Part shown: positions 52,437 through 64,000 of the stretch, piece after piece
How the letters are laid out: each line of letters starts with the position of its first letter
Numbering within the stretch: the stretch's first letter is position 1
Made by a program: the position numbers and the translations under genes
Origin: Naegleria gruberi
Lineage: Eukaryota
Length of the DNA: 64,000 nt
NCBI GenBank assembly: GCA_000004985.1
Contig: GG738904.1
Direction: 5' to 3' (one strand)
The notes under the pieces: model-generated
Databases searched by the model: none
What the model was told of the DNA's origin: nothing
The model's input: only the letters and a program-made list of their open reading frames with translations

Positions 52437-53660
52437 TTATTTCTTCTTCTTGGCAAAGAAGTTACCAGAAGAAACCTTCTTTTCATCCACTGAAGTCAAA
52501 TTAGAAAGCTTATCCGAAACTTGGCATGAAGCAATTCCTTCGTCATAGAGTGAAAACCATGGATAATTATTCTCCTTATATGTTTTCTTAGAGATTGGAG
52601 TAGGTGGACACTCCTCTCCAGTAATTTTCTTCCACATTTCACTATTCACAATGTGGACGAAACATTTGCCAGCTGCAGTCAAATCCCAGAACGATAATCC
52701 AAAAGGATCCTTATAAATCTTTTGCTCAATTCTTCCACCAACACCCAATCCCATCTCCATTCCATCACTTTCGTCTTCGGTTACAGGTCCTCCTCCTCTC
52801 AATCTCAATACCAAATGAAGTACACCTCCATTTGTAATGTTGTAATCTTTCAATGTTCTTCCATCTTCCAATTGTTTACCAGCGAAAATCAATCGTTGTT
52901 GATCTGGAGGAGTTCCATCTGCCATCTGAACTGCATACTTGACATCTTCAATTTGATCATTTGAATCTGTATAAACAACAATAGTTTTACCTGTTAAGGT
53001 TTTGACCAAAACTTTCATGGATCCACCACCAACAGTTCTAACTTGTCTTTCAAGTGGTAAATGTGAAAGTGCATCTTTTCTTGCTTGATAAATCCTAAAT
53101 TGAATTCCACCATAATCAGCATTTCCAGTCAACTGTTCCTCAACTGTTTTTCCACTTCCAAGTGGCATGGCAACAAATTGCTTGACAGTTGTTTCATCAC
53201 AAGCAATTCCATCAATCCATAATTGATTAGGGAGAACCATATAGTTTTGTTTCTTATTCTTTCCAAAATCTGATTCATCCCATTCATCTCCAGTGAGTGC
53301 ATTGATCATTCCAACTCCCATTTGAACAGCAAGTGGGAAATCATTGTTGGTTACATCTGATTGACAGAATGGCATGTTGTGGAAACTATTCGAATAGGAA
53401 AATTGAATCCACATGGCTTCACTCTGATATAATGGAATGAATACTCCACCATGTTCTAACCAATGGGCAGGAACTGTTTTTGAATAATCTTCTACTCTCT
53501 TTATTGGAAATCTACCTAAAGAGCATGGAAGAGGATAAGTTTTTCCATCATTGGGAATTCTCAAGGTTCTATGGAAGGAAATTTCTAACGAAGAATCAAA
53601 TAGACGGAGAGAATGTTCTTCATTGACAGTTATTGGAATGTTATGTTCTTGTACGAGCAT
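52437..53660 (-). CDS. Protein with an embedded ubiquitin-like domain (407 aa)
   Basis: The central [76 protein letters not shown] is a clear ubiquitin fold with an LRLRGG C-terminus. It is flanked by ~220-aa N-terminal and ~110-aa C-terminal unassigned regions. Confidence 0.55.
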   Translation of the reverse strand: MLVQEHNIPITVNEEHSLRLFDSSLEISFHRTLRIPNDGKTYPLPCSLGRFPIKRVEDYSKTVPAHWLEHGGVFIPLYQSEAMWIQFSYSNSFHNMPFCQSDVTNNDFPLAVQMGVGMINALTGDEWDESDFGKNKKQNYMVLPNQLWIDGIACDETTVKQFVAMPLGSGKTVEEQLTGNADYGGIQFRIYQARKDALSHLPLERQVRTVGGGSMKVLVKTLTGKTIVVYTDSNDQIEDVKYAVQMADGTPPDQQRLIFAGKQLEDGRTLKDYNITNGGVLHLVLRLRGGGPVTEDESDGMEMGLGVGGRIEQKIYKDPFGLSFWDLTAAGKCFVHIVNSEMWKKITGEECPPTPISKKTYKENNYPWFSLYDEGIASCQVSDKLSNLTSVDEKKVSSGNFFAKKKK

Positions 53661-54166
53661 TTTTTTTGTTTACAAAATCACAAAACTCAAAGTTAACCCT
53701 TTAGTATTATGAAAATGAAAAATTGGCAAGGGTTCCCCCTGTTTTCTAGTCGCTTGTTTGCGACTAGCTAGGACTAATAAAAGTTTATTTTTACGACGAT
53801 TATTGCAGGGCGATAGGTTTTTGGTTGGTGGATAGTGGCAAAAATTGTTTGAACCAAAAAAAGGATTGATTTGTTGTAAATGTACAACAAATCGAAAATA
53901 AAAAGATATATTTCATTCGCCCAATACTGTACTAATTCTCTCCTCTTGAATAGTACCAAAAGGGTACTAATCTTCCACCCAGAGTATTCTTTCGATTACC
54001 CATCAATAGTGGTGAGGCCAAGATTCAATACTTAATTGAGTGAAATAGTAACATGTTCATTGTAAATTTTACGACTGTAGCAATGTTCATTGTAAATTCC
54101 TAAAATTCTATTTTTAATCTTTAAAAAAAATTCTAGAAAAGACGTTTCTGCACCAAATCAACCAAA

Positions 54167-55294
54167 ATGTTCGCAACTCATAACCACAACAATAATCAAT
54201 TCGTGCGTACTTCTCAGTATGAAGAAGAGGAAAATAACGATGTAGATTATCAAGGAGTTACCCATGTGCGTAGAATGATACCCATCATATTCAACAATCA
54301 AGAAGTTGGATATGAAGCCTTCGTATCAGAGGCAGGTGCTTCTTTCGATCAAGGAAATTCTTCTTCCTCATCAGCCACTACACCGTTCGCCTATGATGAT
54401 GAATATGATGATATCTCTCCAGAAGAGCAACAAAGGTGTCCAACCATGCTCATATACTTGAAGGGTTCTAATGGTGTCAAACGTAAAATTCTACAGGATA
54501 TTACTTGGGAATTATATCATTTTGATGGACTCATGATGCGTATCGGAAAACTCTTCCCACAAGAAGAACAAGTGAAAATTTCATGTGTAATTGGTAAATC
54601 ACGAAAAGTTGCCATTCAAAACGACGATGATTGGCAGCATGCTCTCCAACAATTGCTTTTAAATGATGAAACTATGATCAAGATATTCATCAAGAGTCAA
54701 AATCAACACCAACAGTCAAAAAAGAAGAATAAGAATCTCCTTCAAAAGATTGTTGACAAACAAGAAAAACAACAAGCAAGGAAACACTTTAAACAAGACG
54801 CTCTCATTGATACTTCTTCCATCAGGAATGTTTACATTGATGCTGGTAGTATTCTTCTCCACGTCCGTGATTTGAAGAGTCTTGCTTTTAACAGTGACAA
54901 GGATATTGCAGAGAAGACACTCCTCCGACTTGCAAAATCTCTCCATCAAACCGAATCATTCAACCACGTACACGTTTTCTTCAACTCCACCATGAATGTC
55001 CAACCAGAAGAGAATGAAGCAGGTACATTTGTTGTATCTATTGCTGAACCATTCTCCACTTCTGGTGACTTGATGAAGGAATTTTTAAACAGACAGATTA
55101 TAGCTGGCGCTTTGGAATCTTGTCTGGTTGTTTCTTGCGACCGTGTATTGTTAAAGGATTTGAATGATTATGGTGATGTGAAGGTTTGCAATGCTCGTTC
55201 TTGGTTTCGAATTTGTCAACATTCTGATGAGTTGATGATGACTAATAATCATAACAATTCCAAGGATTGGTTGAGAAATATATTAGTGAAATAG
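54167..55294 (+). CDS. Hypothetical protein (375 aa), possible PB1-like N-terminal module
   Basis: It is an ORF with normal codon usage. The segment ...KVAIQNDDDWQHALQQL resembles the acidic OPCA-type PB1 segment. Confidence is low. Confidence 0.4.
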   Translation: MFATHNHNNNQFVRTSQYEEEENNDVDYQGVTHVRRMIPIIFNNQEVGYEAFVSEAGASFDQGNSSSSSATTPFAYDDEYDDISPEEQQRCPTMLIYLKGSNGVKRKILQDITWELYHFDGLMMRIGKLFPQEEQVKISCVIGKSRKVAIQNDDDWQHALQQLLLNDETMIKIFIKSQNQHQQSKKKNKNLLQKIVDKQEKQQARKHFKQDALIDTSSIRNVYIDAGSILLHVRDLKSLAFNSDKDIAEKTLLRLAKSLHQTESFNHVHVFFNSTMNVQPEENEAGTFVVSIAEPFSTSGDLMKEFLNRQIIAGALESCLVVSCDRVLLKDLNDYGDVKVCNARSWFRICQHSDELMMTNNHNNSKDWLRNILVK

Positions 55295-57625
55295 TTACTA
55301 GCCAATAATACCATTATTATCTCTACATTGTAAATATCCACCACTTCCAAATAAAACAAGTTTTCACATATCTCACACAATTTTAATTTACTAGAGCATC
55401 TCTACTAAACTTCATACTCAACCGAGAACTGTGAACATGAAGATAAGAAGATGAACTGCAACTTTTGTATGTCAAGACTGACACTAAAATATGTTCCATA
55501 TTTGTATGTCCACAACAATAACCAACCTGGATTTTGGAATGGTTAATATGGGCATAAAACGTGGATGCAAGAGATTCCACTCAATGTGTCTCAATTCTTC
55601 TCTTTCTGTCCAATCTTTCTATTTATTGAAACTTGTCATCACTTTCAGATTGGAGAATCATGCATTAACTGATCACTTGAATATACTACTTTTGAAATTA
55701 AAGAGAGAGGCAACTACAGCTCCGTTCCAATTCATTTTTCTTGGAGTTCAACTACAGTTTTTCAACAAACTGCTTGACCGTTTACAATCATTTACAAAAT
55801 ATTAATTATGAAAGTTGTTGGCAATTTACAGTTCAGAACAACTTCACCTCTCAAACCCTTAACTGCCAAACATCATTCAAACCTTAGATCATTTACAATT
55901 CGGTCATGGACTCTTTTGGCTAATTATCTATTATCTCCAAACTATGAAACCTATCCTCAACCATGCCTTACACTAATCACCAACTTTCGTTCCTACAAAA
56001 TTGACTAAGGTTGAGTGACTTGTTGATGGAAATCTCCCGCCAAATAAATTAAAAACTCAGAGACGTTACGTTTGAAAATTTTAAAAAAAAAGGCTAGAAA
56101 TCTTCCCTGCTGGTTTGATAAGAAGCCTCAAATGAAGAAGCCTTTTCATCATCAGAGTAATAATTTAATTTATAGTATGATAGTAGTATTTATTCCTAAT
56201 AGTAGTAATCAATGAAATGATCATTCTACTGTGATGCGATCAATATTCAATATATTATTAATATAATTCAAATAATTATTTAAATAAGCCTAAAGTGAAA
56301 AAAGCATCATGAATCATCAAAAACTGTAGATCATCATATGATCAATTACAATTTATCGTAAACAGAACTGATGGCCAACAATTTATTCAAAATGGCAGAA
56401 TTATCAGCATGAATCATTAATTATTCAAATTAATATTATTTTCGATCAATTTACTTTTTCTGATATCATGTTTCTTTTCATACTGTGCTTGCTGATTATT
56501 AAACCATAACAACAATTAACATACCAGAGGAGAACAATTCCCCCTCAATACCGCAATGACAATAGTACAAATTAATTCAACACAATACTGTTAATGGTAG
56601 AAAATTATACACTGTGGCCACACACGAACATAACCAGAATTGTACCTCTATTAATTATACTATCTAGTAATTATTGAACATATTATAATACTTAATGGTA
56701 TTTAACTGGGACAATAGCAATGAAATTCGAATATTTTCAAAATGTTTCATTTATTGAGACCTTTTATTGGTGATATGAATGTTGTGAATTTATTTTACAC
56801 CAGATTAGTTTTGAAAAACCTGAAAAGATGTTCATAGCACCTTATTTTATTTATGCACCAAAATTTCCATGTTTGTATTTTTGATCAATTACGTCTACAC
56901 CACATTTAAATACCGGAAATAACCATTTTAAAAAATTGTCATCTTTCCAGTCGTATTTGCATCCTTATGATGATGTTTCAACATGCAATCTTAGAGAGAT
57001 AATCATCTCTGTTCGTATTACTTCATTACTTCTGATATCATGTCATAATGATTGTATTTTTAAGTTATAGAGATACACTTCACTATTGTTACAATAGTGG
57101 AATTGAGGCGGGAATGACAGTTGGCAGTTAGTTAGTTGGCATTCAATATCTTTTATCTTGTACAACCAACTCAACGTTTGTTTCACAACAAATCATAGAA
57201 TATTCACTTTCAATGGCATTACCATTTTTCAAACTCAAATCTCCTATCATTAATAACTTCAAAACACCTCAACTATACCATACAACAAAACTTGGAGGAA
57301 TAGAATAAGATAATTACAGTGAAAATTCTTGTATTTGCTCTCAAATTACCCGATATAGAATTCTATTTACTCAGTTCGATTATAGAGTCCGTATCTTGTA
57401 CTATAAGAGAGATAATTTAGATTGGTTTAAAACATTTATGGCGTGAAGTTTGTACAATTCGATAATTCCAATAGATTCAACTTAAATTCATGGACCAACA
57501 ACAAATTGGTGGAGCAAAATGAATTTGGATTGGACGTCTGATGCCTCCCAAAAGTATAAATTCAAGCCAAACAGCAACATATTCCACCCAAAAACAAATC
57601 AAAAAAAAAACAACACACAAGTGAA

Positions 57626-58183
57626 ATGAACACTACTGCATCAAATAACTCTGCTCCAGTTTTTGGCAAGACCTCAACAACTAATAATCAATTACTTGAT
57701 ATTGATAATTTTTCCTTTACTGACATAATGTCTGCTGCTAGTCAATTTACTGATAACGCTTTTACTTTCTCTGAATCATCAACATATACTGTTGCTTGTT
57801 CAACTCCAAAGAAGAGAAAGATGAGTGCTAGATATGAAGACGAAATGGTCAATCAAGATGGTGATAACGAAGAACAACAATTAACTGTAACAACATCTTG
57901 TAAGAAAGTCAAAATGGAAACCTATACTGCTGCTACTTCTCCAACAAAGAAAAAGTTGCCAATCTTTAAACTCTCTGAAAATAAGACAAAAGATGCCAAT
58001 GTTGATCCAATGAACGCTGACTGTTCATCAATGAGTGCCTTGAAGGGAAATATGTTAGATTGCTTTAATTCAATTAATAGTATTGCTAGTGAATTGAATG
58101 ATGACTTTTTCAAATCATCAGTTTCTTCCTTTACTTCAGCTGATTTACAAGATTGTCTCAGTCTCTTGAATCAAAACTTTTAA
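57626..58183 (+). CDS. Small basic-NLS protein A (185 aa), paralog of 61590-62093
   Basis: A TATAAAT box lies ~70 bp upstream. TFSESSTYTVACSTPKKRKMSARYEDE aligns with TFSMTMIYDVAASNDKKRKTSPVSEEE of ORF 61590. Both share a C-terminal DC(F/L)N... helix. Confidence 0.35.
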   Translation: MNTTASNNSAPVFGKTSTTNNQLLDIDNFSFTDIMSAASQFTDNAFTFSESSTYTVACSTPKKRKMSARYEDEMVNQDGDNEEQQLTVTTSCKKVKMETYTAATSPTKKKLPIFKLSENKTKDANVDPMNADCSSMSALKGNMLDCFNSINSIASELNDDFFKSSVSSFTSADLQDCLSLLNQNF

Positions 58184-61100
58184 TTCTCTCAACAATCAAA
58201 ACTTTTAATTCTCCTAACTGTACAGATTTAACTTGTAAATTAACTGTAATCTAACTCCCTCTAAGGTTGAATCAACTCTCATGGCTCAACAACTCTAAGA
58301 AATACTTTATGTATTCTAATAAATCAGAAAATCTTTGAAAAAACTTGAATTGTTTATTCTCTCCAATATTTAGTGAGATTTCTCTTCTCTGTAATGTATT
58401 CGAATCAAATGATGAATGCCCAAAGATTTGATCGTTTGTATTGTCGTCATCTTTACGAGAGGTATCACCATCACTGCTGAGAGCAACATCTACTTTAAGA
58501 TAGTTTACAAACCAAACTTGGCGCCAAAATTACAAAAATCTCTCGAGTCATCATTGTAATGGAATCCAAACTTGATGAAATCATAGACTATTATATTAAT
58601 TGATCAACCAGTAAGCAATACCAAATGCTGCTTTACAATTTCCTTTCAAATATTAACTTGCAAACAACATGAAAATCATCGGCGGTACTTAGTTGATTGC
58701 TGACATTAACTTCACTAACAATAAAGTTCAACAAATGCCTCATAACAAGTAGGAAATCACTCAAAGTAAGTGAACGGTTTTTTGTCATTGTACATTACTC
58801 ATAATGAAGTTCTTGATTCAAGTCCCATATTTTGGCAGGTATAGTGCTAAAGCGTAAGTAAAACTGTCAGATTTCATATTAAATTTGATAAAACATTAGT
58901 AAGATGTATAGCGTGTTCCAAAGAGAAGAGATTCTCTGTTCTTAAGTTCTTGTTGTTGATTATTATTGAAATTACCAACTTTAAAGTTTCCTAAAATGGT
59001 TAATTTGTGAACAAAATTAAAGGTATGTGAATAGATGATTCTTTACTGTAGATTGTTTTCATTTGTGGATGATTCTTACTGTAGATGACAATTTAGTTTG
59101 GAGTTTAGTTTCGTTTGTTGATTCGCTCCAATATTTGAGGCTAATGTCGTCATTGTCACCGCTTAATTATTGAAGATTGACATCATTTTAAATCATGGAA
59201 TTATTCCTCAGCTATTAATTATTCTTTAATCTGCTTGTTGCTCAATAAAAAAACCTGTCGATTAAGAACAAGTTTCGAATATCAGATTGAGTTGCTCATT
59301 TGGAGTTTGAACATGATAAATTAAATCAAACAATTGGAAAACTTGCAATTCTGTAAGATGACAAGCTGTAGACGATTATTGTATGAATGTATAATAATTA
59401 GTTTGTAAAATCTATTCGAATGTATATTCATCTTCAGAGGAAGCACTAACACATGGCAATTAACTTTTCTTTTTGGCTAATCCGAGCGTTTCGAATAAGT
59501 GGAATATTGATCACAAAGTAGTAAATTTTCAACTATTTGTGAAATGATTCTCATTCGTGGGATGAGCGACATGTCGTTGATCAAAATTATCAGAAACTGG
59601 ACTAAACACGATGTTGTTGATAATTCTCATCCGAAATAAATGAGAGAATATATTGTAATTCAATGAAATGGTCAATCAGATTCTTATTTTCACTTGAATA
59701 ACCGTAGATGTTACTGTAGTTTCGTTTCGAATGTAAACTAATCTGCAAGTGAAGCCCAATATTCAGATTCTCTTCAGTATCATATCACAATTCAGCCAGA
59801 TACTGATCCTCATCATCCATTTACCATAATTCCAATAGATGTCAAACTGTAGTGACCTTTCTTACAAAGAGTGGACGAAAGCTTTAGTATTTGATATTCA
59901 AGATGATAAATCATGCAACTCAATAAGCAGTAGTTTCTGCAATTGACTGGAGAATATTCATTAGATACTTTAATTTGCAAGCGTTCCAAATTCTGCAATC
60001 ATATCATAAATCTTCAAAAATATCTGAAACTGAACTAAAGTGGATCAAGGAAATCAAAAAAACATGATTCGTTAGATTTTTCAGTGAATATACAGTGTGA
60101 TTGTAAAACTGAGGAATACATTAGAATTGTTCTACATGCATAAAAATTGTAAATTTACTGTAGTTCGAAAGTGAACTAATGTGAAACGATTCTTCAGATC
60201 AATAAAAGGATAATATCACCCATGAGCAGATAGCTATCTCTCTTCCATCTATTTCACATGTTCAACGATTAAAATTCACTTCAAACTCTTTTTCACATGG
60301 TTTGTAAACTTTCGAATAAGTTTTTATACAATAAATCGACAACTTTCAAAGAATCTTCAAAACTTACTATTCTTGTTGAGCTGTCATCAATGAAAATAGT
60401 TATACGCCAAACATTGATAATTAGAAAGTTACCATCTTTTGCAGAGGATGAAGTTCCCTGTCAAATAATTGGCAAGTCACCTGCCAGTAAATAAAACTCT
60501 AATTTAAAGTGTAAAATTTACTTGTTTTTCAATTATGTTTCAACTCTGTCGATATTTAAACATTGTATCAGTTTCGGATTATACTTTCGAATAGCTGTTC
60601 TCAGGCTGTCATTCGAATAGGATTAATTTTCTTGATTTGGTAGTCCTATATCCGTATCAAAGATTCTTGTAGCCAATAATTTATGTTGTAAGTTGGAATC
60701 TTGATTAATTACCATTCTATATTTTCGCTATTCGAATTATGTTTCGTATACGAATTATTGGACTTGTGAAATTAAAGATATATTCAAATGTTGCTCCTGC
60801 TCTATTGTTATCCAGTTGTGGTTGATCATGTTTCCTAACATGTTCCTCAACTCGTCATCTCACCTATTATCCATTCTTGGAATTTCAAAAACCTCAATTA
60901 TTCGAAACTCATTGTAATCGAATGCAAATTAATAAAAGAAGAACTGCATTTCATCATTGATATCAATTCCATTCTTTTTGAAATTCACTGTAGATTAATC
61001 TCTATTCGAAACTACAGTTAGTGAACTAGTGTGTGAGTGGGGAGAAATCAATAAGAACGCAACAGATACGAAACTTGAAGGAACTATCCAAACACAATCA

Positions 61101-61589
61101 CTTTCAATCAACGGTGAAAAGTAACTAATTAGAAATTCGTAAATACGAAATAAAACTAATGTCTCTGTCACTTGTTATTTTATTTCTAACGTATTTTGAA
61201 TTGACAGATAGCTAGCCGGCATTGTGCAAAATCCATTCATTCATGAAAATAATCATTTATTTAGCTCTGTAATCATTTAACAGCTTTTTCAATAAATTGA
61301 TAAAACATTTGGCAGTTGACAGCTCTTTTAAACAGCCAACCTCAAATTTTTGACTTATCTATCACGAATAAACTTGATTTCATCTTGAAAATACTCGAAT
61401 TATTTTCTTTGACTTGTTTTATACTGAAATAAACCATAAATACAGAAATTTTGAATCTCCCAGAATTGATTCTATTATTTCTAAAACGGAATCTAATTAC
61501 ACTTTGAGTGATTATCATCTTCATACAGCTGAAAACTTTTTCATGGTCCACAGAATTAACATTTTCAATCCTTCTTCCTTTTTCTGTCA

Positions 61590-62093
61590 TTGACAAGTGA
61601 CAAGATCATGGACAGTATAAATATCAACGAATTTTGTGCATCAAATGATTCAACAACACAAACAAAAAAAAACAACAAGAACAACAAAGCAAAAATGAGC
61701 TCAACTGCTATCCAAACTCCAACTTTCTCCATGACAATGATCTATGACGTTGCTGCTTCAAATGATAAGAAGAGAAAAACTTCTCCAGTCAGCGAAGAAG
61801 AACATCAAATTGCCAACTGTCAACCAAGAAAATCAATCAAAGCTTCATCATCAACATCTCCTTCAAGAAAGAACAAAACAATTCCTAGAGTTGAAAGTCC
61901 AAAACAACAACCTGCTCTCCGTACTAGTGGTTGTACTTTGAATGCTGTCAATAATCAAGAATTATTGACATCTGTCTACTCAATTGAACAAAATATCAAA
62001 GATTGTTTGAATGAATTGAAGGGAATGGAAGAATTTGGTTTCTCTTCTGAATTGAGCATGGAATTTGAACAAGCTTTCTCCATGTTACATTAA
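61590..62093 (+). CDS. Small basic-NLS protein B (167 aa), paralog of 57626-58183
   Basis: See protein A. It shares the TFS-x3-Y-x-VA-x-S-x2-KKRK-x-S...E-E core and the C-terminal motif. It lies in a gene-poor region. Confidence 0.35.
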   Translation: MTSDKIMDSININEFCASNDSTTQTKKNNKNNKAKMSSTAIQTPTFSMTMIYDVAASNDKKRKTSPVSEEEHQIANCQPRKSIKASSSTSPSRKNKTIPRVESPKQQPALRTSGCTLNAVNNQELLTSVYSIEQNIKDCLNELKGMEEFGFSSELSMEFEQAFSMLH

Positions 62094-63264
62094 GTCAACT
62101 GTCAATTTGACATCTAGGAATTTTGAATCGATAATTGTGATTCAAAATTTGTAAATTTATTCGAATGTAAAATAAGAACAACAACAACAACTCTAGGCAA
62201 ACATCGTACTCACACAAGTAGTACCAAGCGAGAAGAAACATACACTTCCTTCTCAATATTCCAATTTTGTAAAATTTTTGATCATTATAAATTATTATTT
62301 CTTTAAAAGTTTATTCAATTTCTTAAAAAGTGTTCGAAATAAAGTTTCTAAAAGTATTCGAATCAAAACTAAATATTAAGTGAACATTCATCCGCAACAA
62401 ATAGGATCAGCATTTAATTCTCCAAATAAGGGTGTAATGAAATTCAGTGATCACAAACAAGGTGATGAAAATGATAAATATTGTTAATAGCAATTTTCCA
62501 CTAATTTCAAGGCATACAATTGACAATAAAGGAGTGATTTCGCCTGCAACAGATGGATTTGGTTGTGTGACGGTTCATTGCGTGAGGAGTGTTTGCTAAT
62601 ACAATTGATTTTACAATTTCGAATGGAAGAGTGGATGATAGGGACTTGAAGTTTGTAGTGGATCCTTAATACAACACGAATTGAAAAGCATCATGTACAG
62701 AGCTACCTTTTGGTTGTAATTCACGTGTTGGTTTTCCAGAGTTTCGTCTCCTCCAATGGCACAAGTGCTTCATTCTCTAACAGTTCTGAAAGTCTTGCCA
62801 TGATACGAACGTACTTTCACTATTTCTGATAACATGATATTCTCCAATATATTTGAATCTTAACTACGATAGTTAGGGAAATAAATAATTTACAAATCAT
62901 TTTGGTGGAAAAGAGCTTTTTAATTATCTCAGTAATATCATTACCTGTCCACCCATATGAGTTGTCAACAAGTTTCAGAAACTTAACCTCATCACTGGTC
63001 ATGTAGAGCATATTCTTCTCTGAATTCATAAAATTGACAATATTATTAAATGTTATTGTAAACATAAACAATGGAACACAAATGAAGAAAGTAATCTCTT
63101 CCTTTGTTTCATTGTTTTTATATTTTATAATAATATTAGTAACCTTGTTACTTTGTTACTTGCTTAATTAAGATACCGCTCGTTCAAAATCAGTGCCATT
63201 TACATAAATGAGTTGCGACCTAGATGCTCAAATACGAAACATCAAAAAAAATTAAACAACTATA

Positions 63265-64000
63265 ATGCATTCCTCCTCTTTGAAGAGATTACCTTCACAG
63301 CAACTTGTGTTGATGTTTGGCATGTTTGCAGTGATGGCTCACTTAGTATTTGGTCAAAACATATTCACCCAAAACTTTAAACAGGCCATCAATGCTGCAA
63401 CCAATGAGTACAGTCATTCTCAGGAATGGAATTCTTACAAGGCAAGTCTTGGTTACACCTTTCCTGTTCCTACTTGTACCACAAGTGCTAATGACGCTGT
63501 TTATCCACAAGTATTCAATTGGACATTGAATGAGCTAGTTCTTTGCTATGAAATGGAAGCAGAAGATCCATGGCCAATGATGCATGAAAAGGCAGGGACA
63601 ATTACTTGTCAAGGCATTGAAAAATCATTACAATATCTTCAATTTGACAGCTAATTTCTTAATTCTCAATACCTCACAATCAGGATATTTCCCAACATTG
63701 AAAAATGCTGTTCAGAGTTCAATCTGTCATGTTGCTATTGCGTCCACAAACTATGAAGAAAGTAGAGCTAGTGAAGTTGACTTCCAATGTAAGTATTATT
63801 AAGAGATATAGTTCTCTAACACATGTGTAGGTCCATATGGAACAAGTTATACAGGAATATTGAGATCAGAACGTGATAATAACACCATACTAACCACACC
63901 TTCCGATCTTAACAAGGAAGGAATAATTGTTGCAGCTCCTTATTTGACAACTTCCTATGAGTATGCAAAATCCAATTTTCCAAAAGCAACCATCCTATCA
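63265..64000 (+). CDS. Secreted protein, 5' exons (gene runs off the window end)
   Basis: The signal peptide is MHSSSLKRLPSQQLVLMFGMFAVMAHLVFGQ. The ORF runs to 63654. Further open frames follow, with a GTAAGT donor at ~63790 and an acceptor at ~63830. No family is assigned. Confidence 0.35.

Noticed and set aside
58399-62630. TTCGAA clusters as heat-shock elements
   Set aside because: HSEs need alternating nGAAn/nTTCn pentamers (TTCnnGAA). Here TTC and GAA abut with no spacer and the extended consensus is ATTCGAAT. TTCGAA is also moderately common throughout the window, so only the local density is notable, and that is lower than I first thought.
1-64000. A prokaryotic-style defence or other operon-encoded system
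   Set aside because: The window is eukaryotic, with introns and monocistronic genes on both strands, each with its own AT-rich promoter region, and nuclear tRNAs. No operon structure or prokaryotic system hallmarks are present. The candidates I do raise are the inserted Myb/LAGLIDADG block and the repeat-bracketed H3/SAM unit.

Overview
This window is eukaryotic nuclear DNA, about 35% GC, carrying spliceosomal introns and two nuclear-type tRNA genes. It is not a prokaryotic locus, and I see no CRISPR array, operons or prokaryotic defence cassette. Where homologous protein sequence lets me place exon junctions, the introns are very short (38-56 nt) with GTAAGT/GTATGT/GTTCGT donors and YAG acceptors, and one has a TACTAAC branch site. 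Codon bias is yeast-like (TTG, AGA, CAA, GGT, CCA, AAG). This fits an early-diverging fungus (a Mucoromycota-like lineage) or a protist. I cannot assign a taxon from sequence alone. Gene density is about one gene per 1.5-2 kb.

Recognisable genes:
- the 3' part of a malic enzyme
- two paralogous CYP4-clan-like cytochrome P450s
- a class-III sirtuin
- a cathepsin-B-like protease (5 exons)
- a WS/DGAT-type acyltransferase
- a bacterial-type PARG/macro (DUF2263-like) gene
- a DUF4116-repeat gene
- three RGS-domain genes, two of them with multi-TM N-termini
- F-box-like genes
- a TPR-kinase-like gene and a pseudokinase
- a P-loop GTPase-like gene
- a RING-H2 gene
- a histone H3 variant with a repetitive KTPS tail
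- a very lysine/cysteine-rich secreted protein
- tRNA-Lys(CTT) and tRNA-Pro(TGG)

An assembly gap (N run 27750-28919) interrupts one gene.

The most unusual structures:
1. About 5.1 kb sits exactly at the I-helix exon/intron boundary of P450 #1, flanked by a CATGAG duplication. It carries a 3xMyb/SANT gene with a LAGLIDADG-like motif, an acidic ORF, a 12-nt minisatellite and a relic P450 fragment.
2. A ~78-bp direct repeat pair brackets the H3-variant gene, a SAM-domain ORF, the gap, and a large uncharacterised ORF.
3. A 7-nt micro-exon in P450 #2 is matched by a relic copy next to P450 #1.
4. A gene-poor 8-kb tail holds two paralogous small basic-NLS proteins and dense ATTCGAAT palindromes.

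My own splice-site coordinates are hand-indexed and may be off by 1-2 nt. ORF-track coordinates are used where available.
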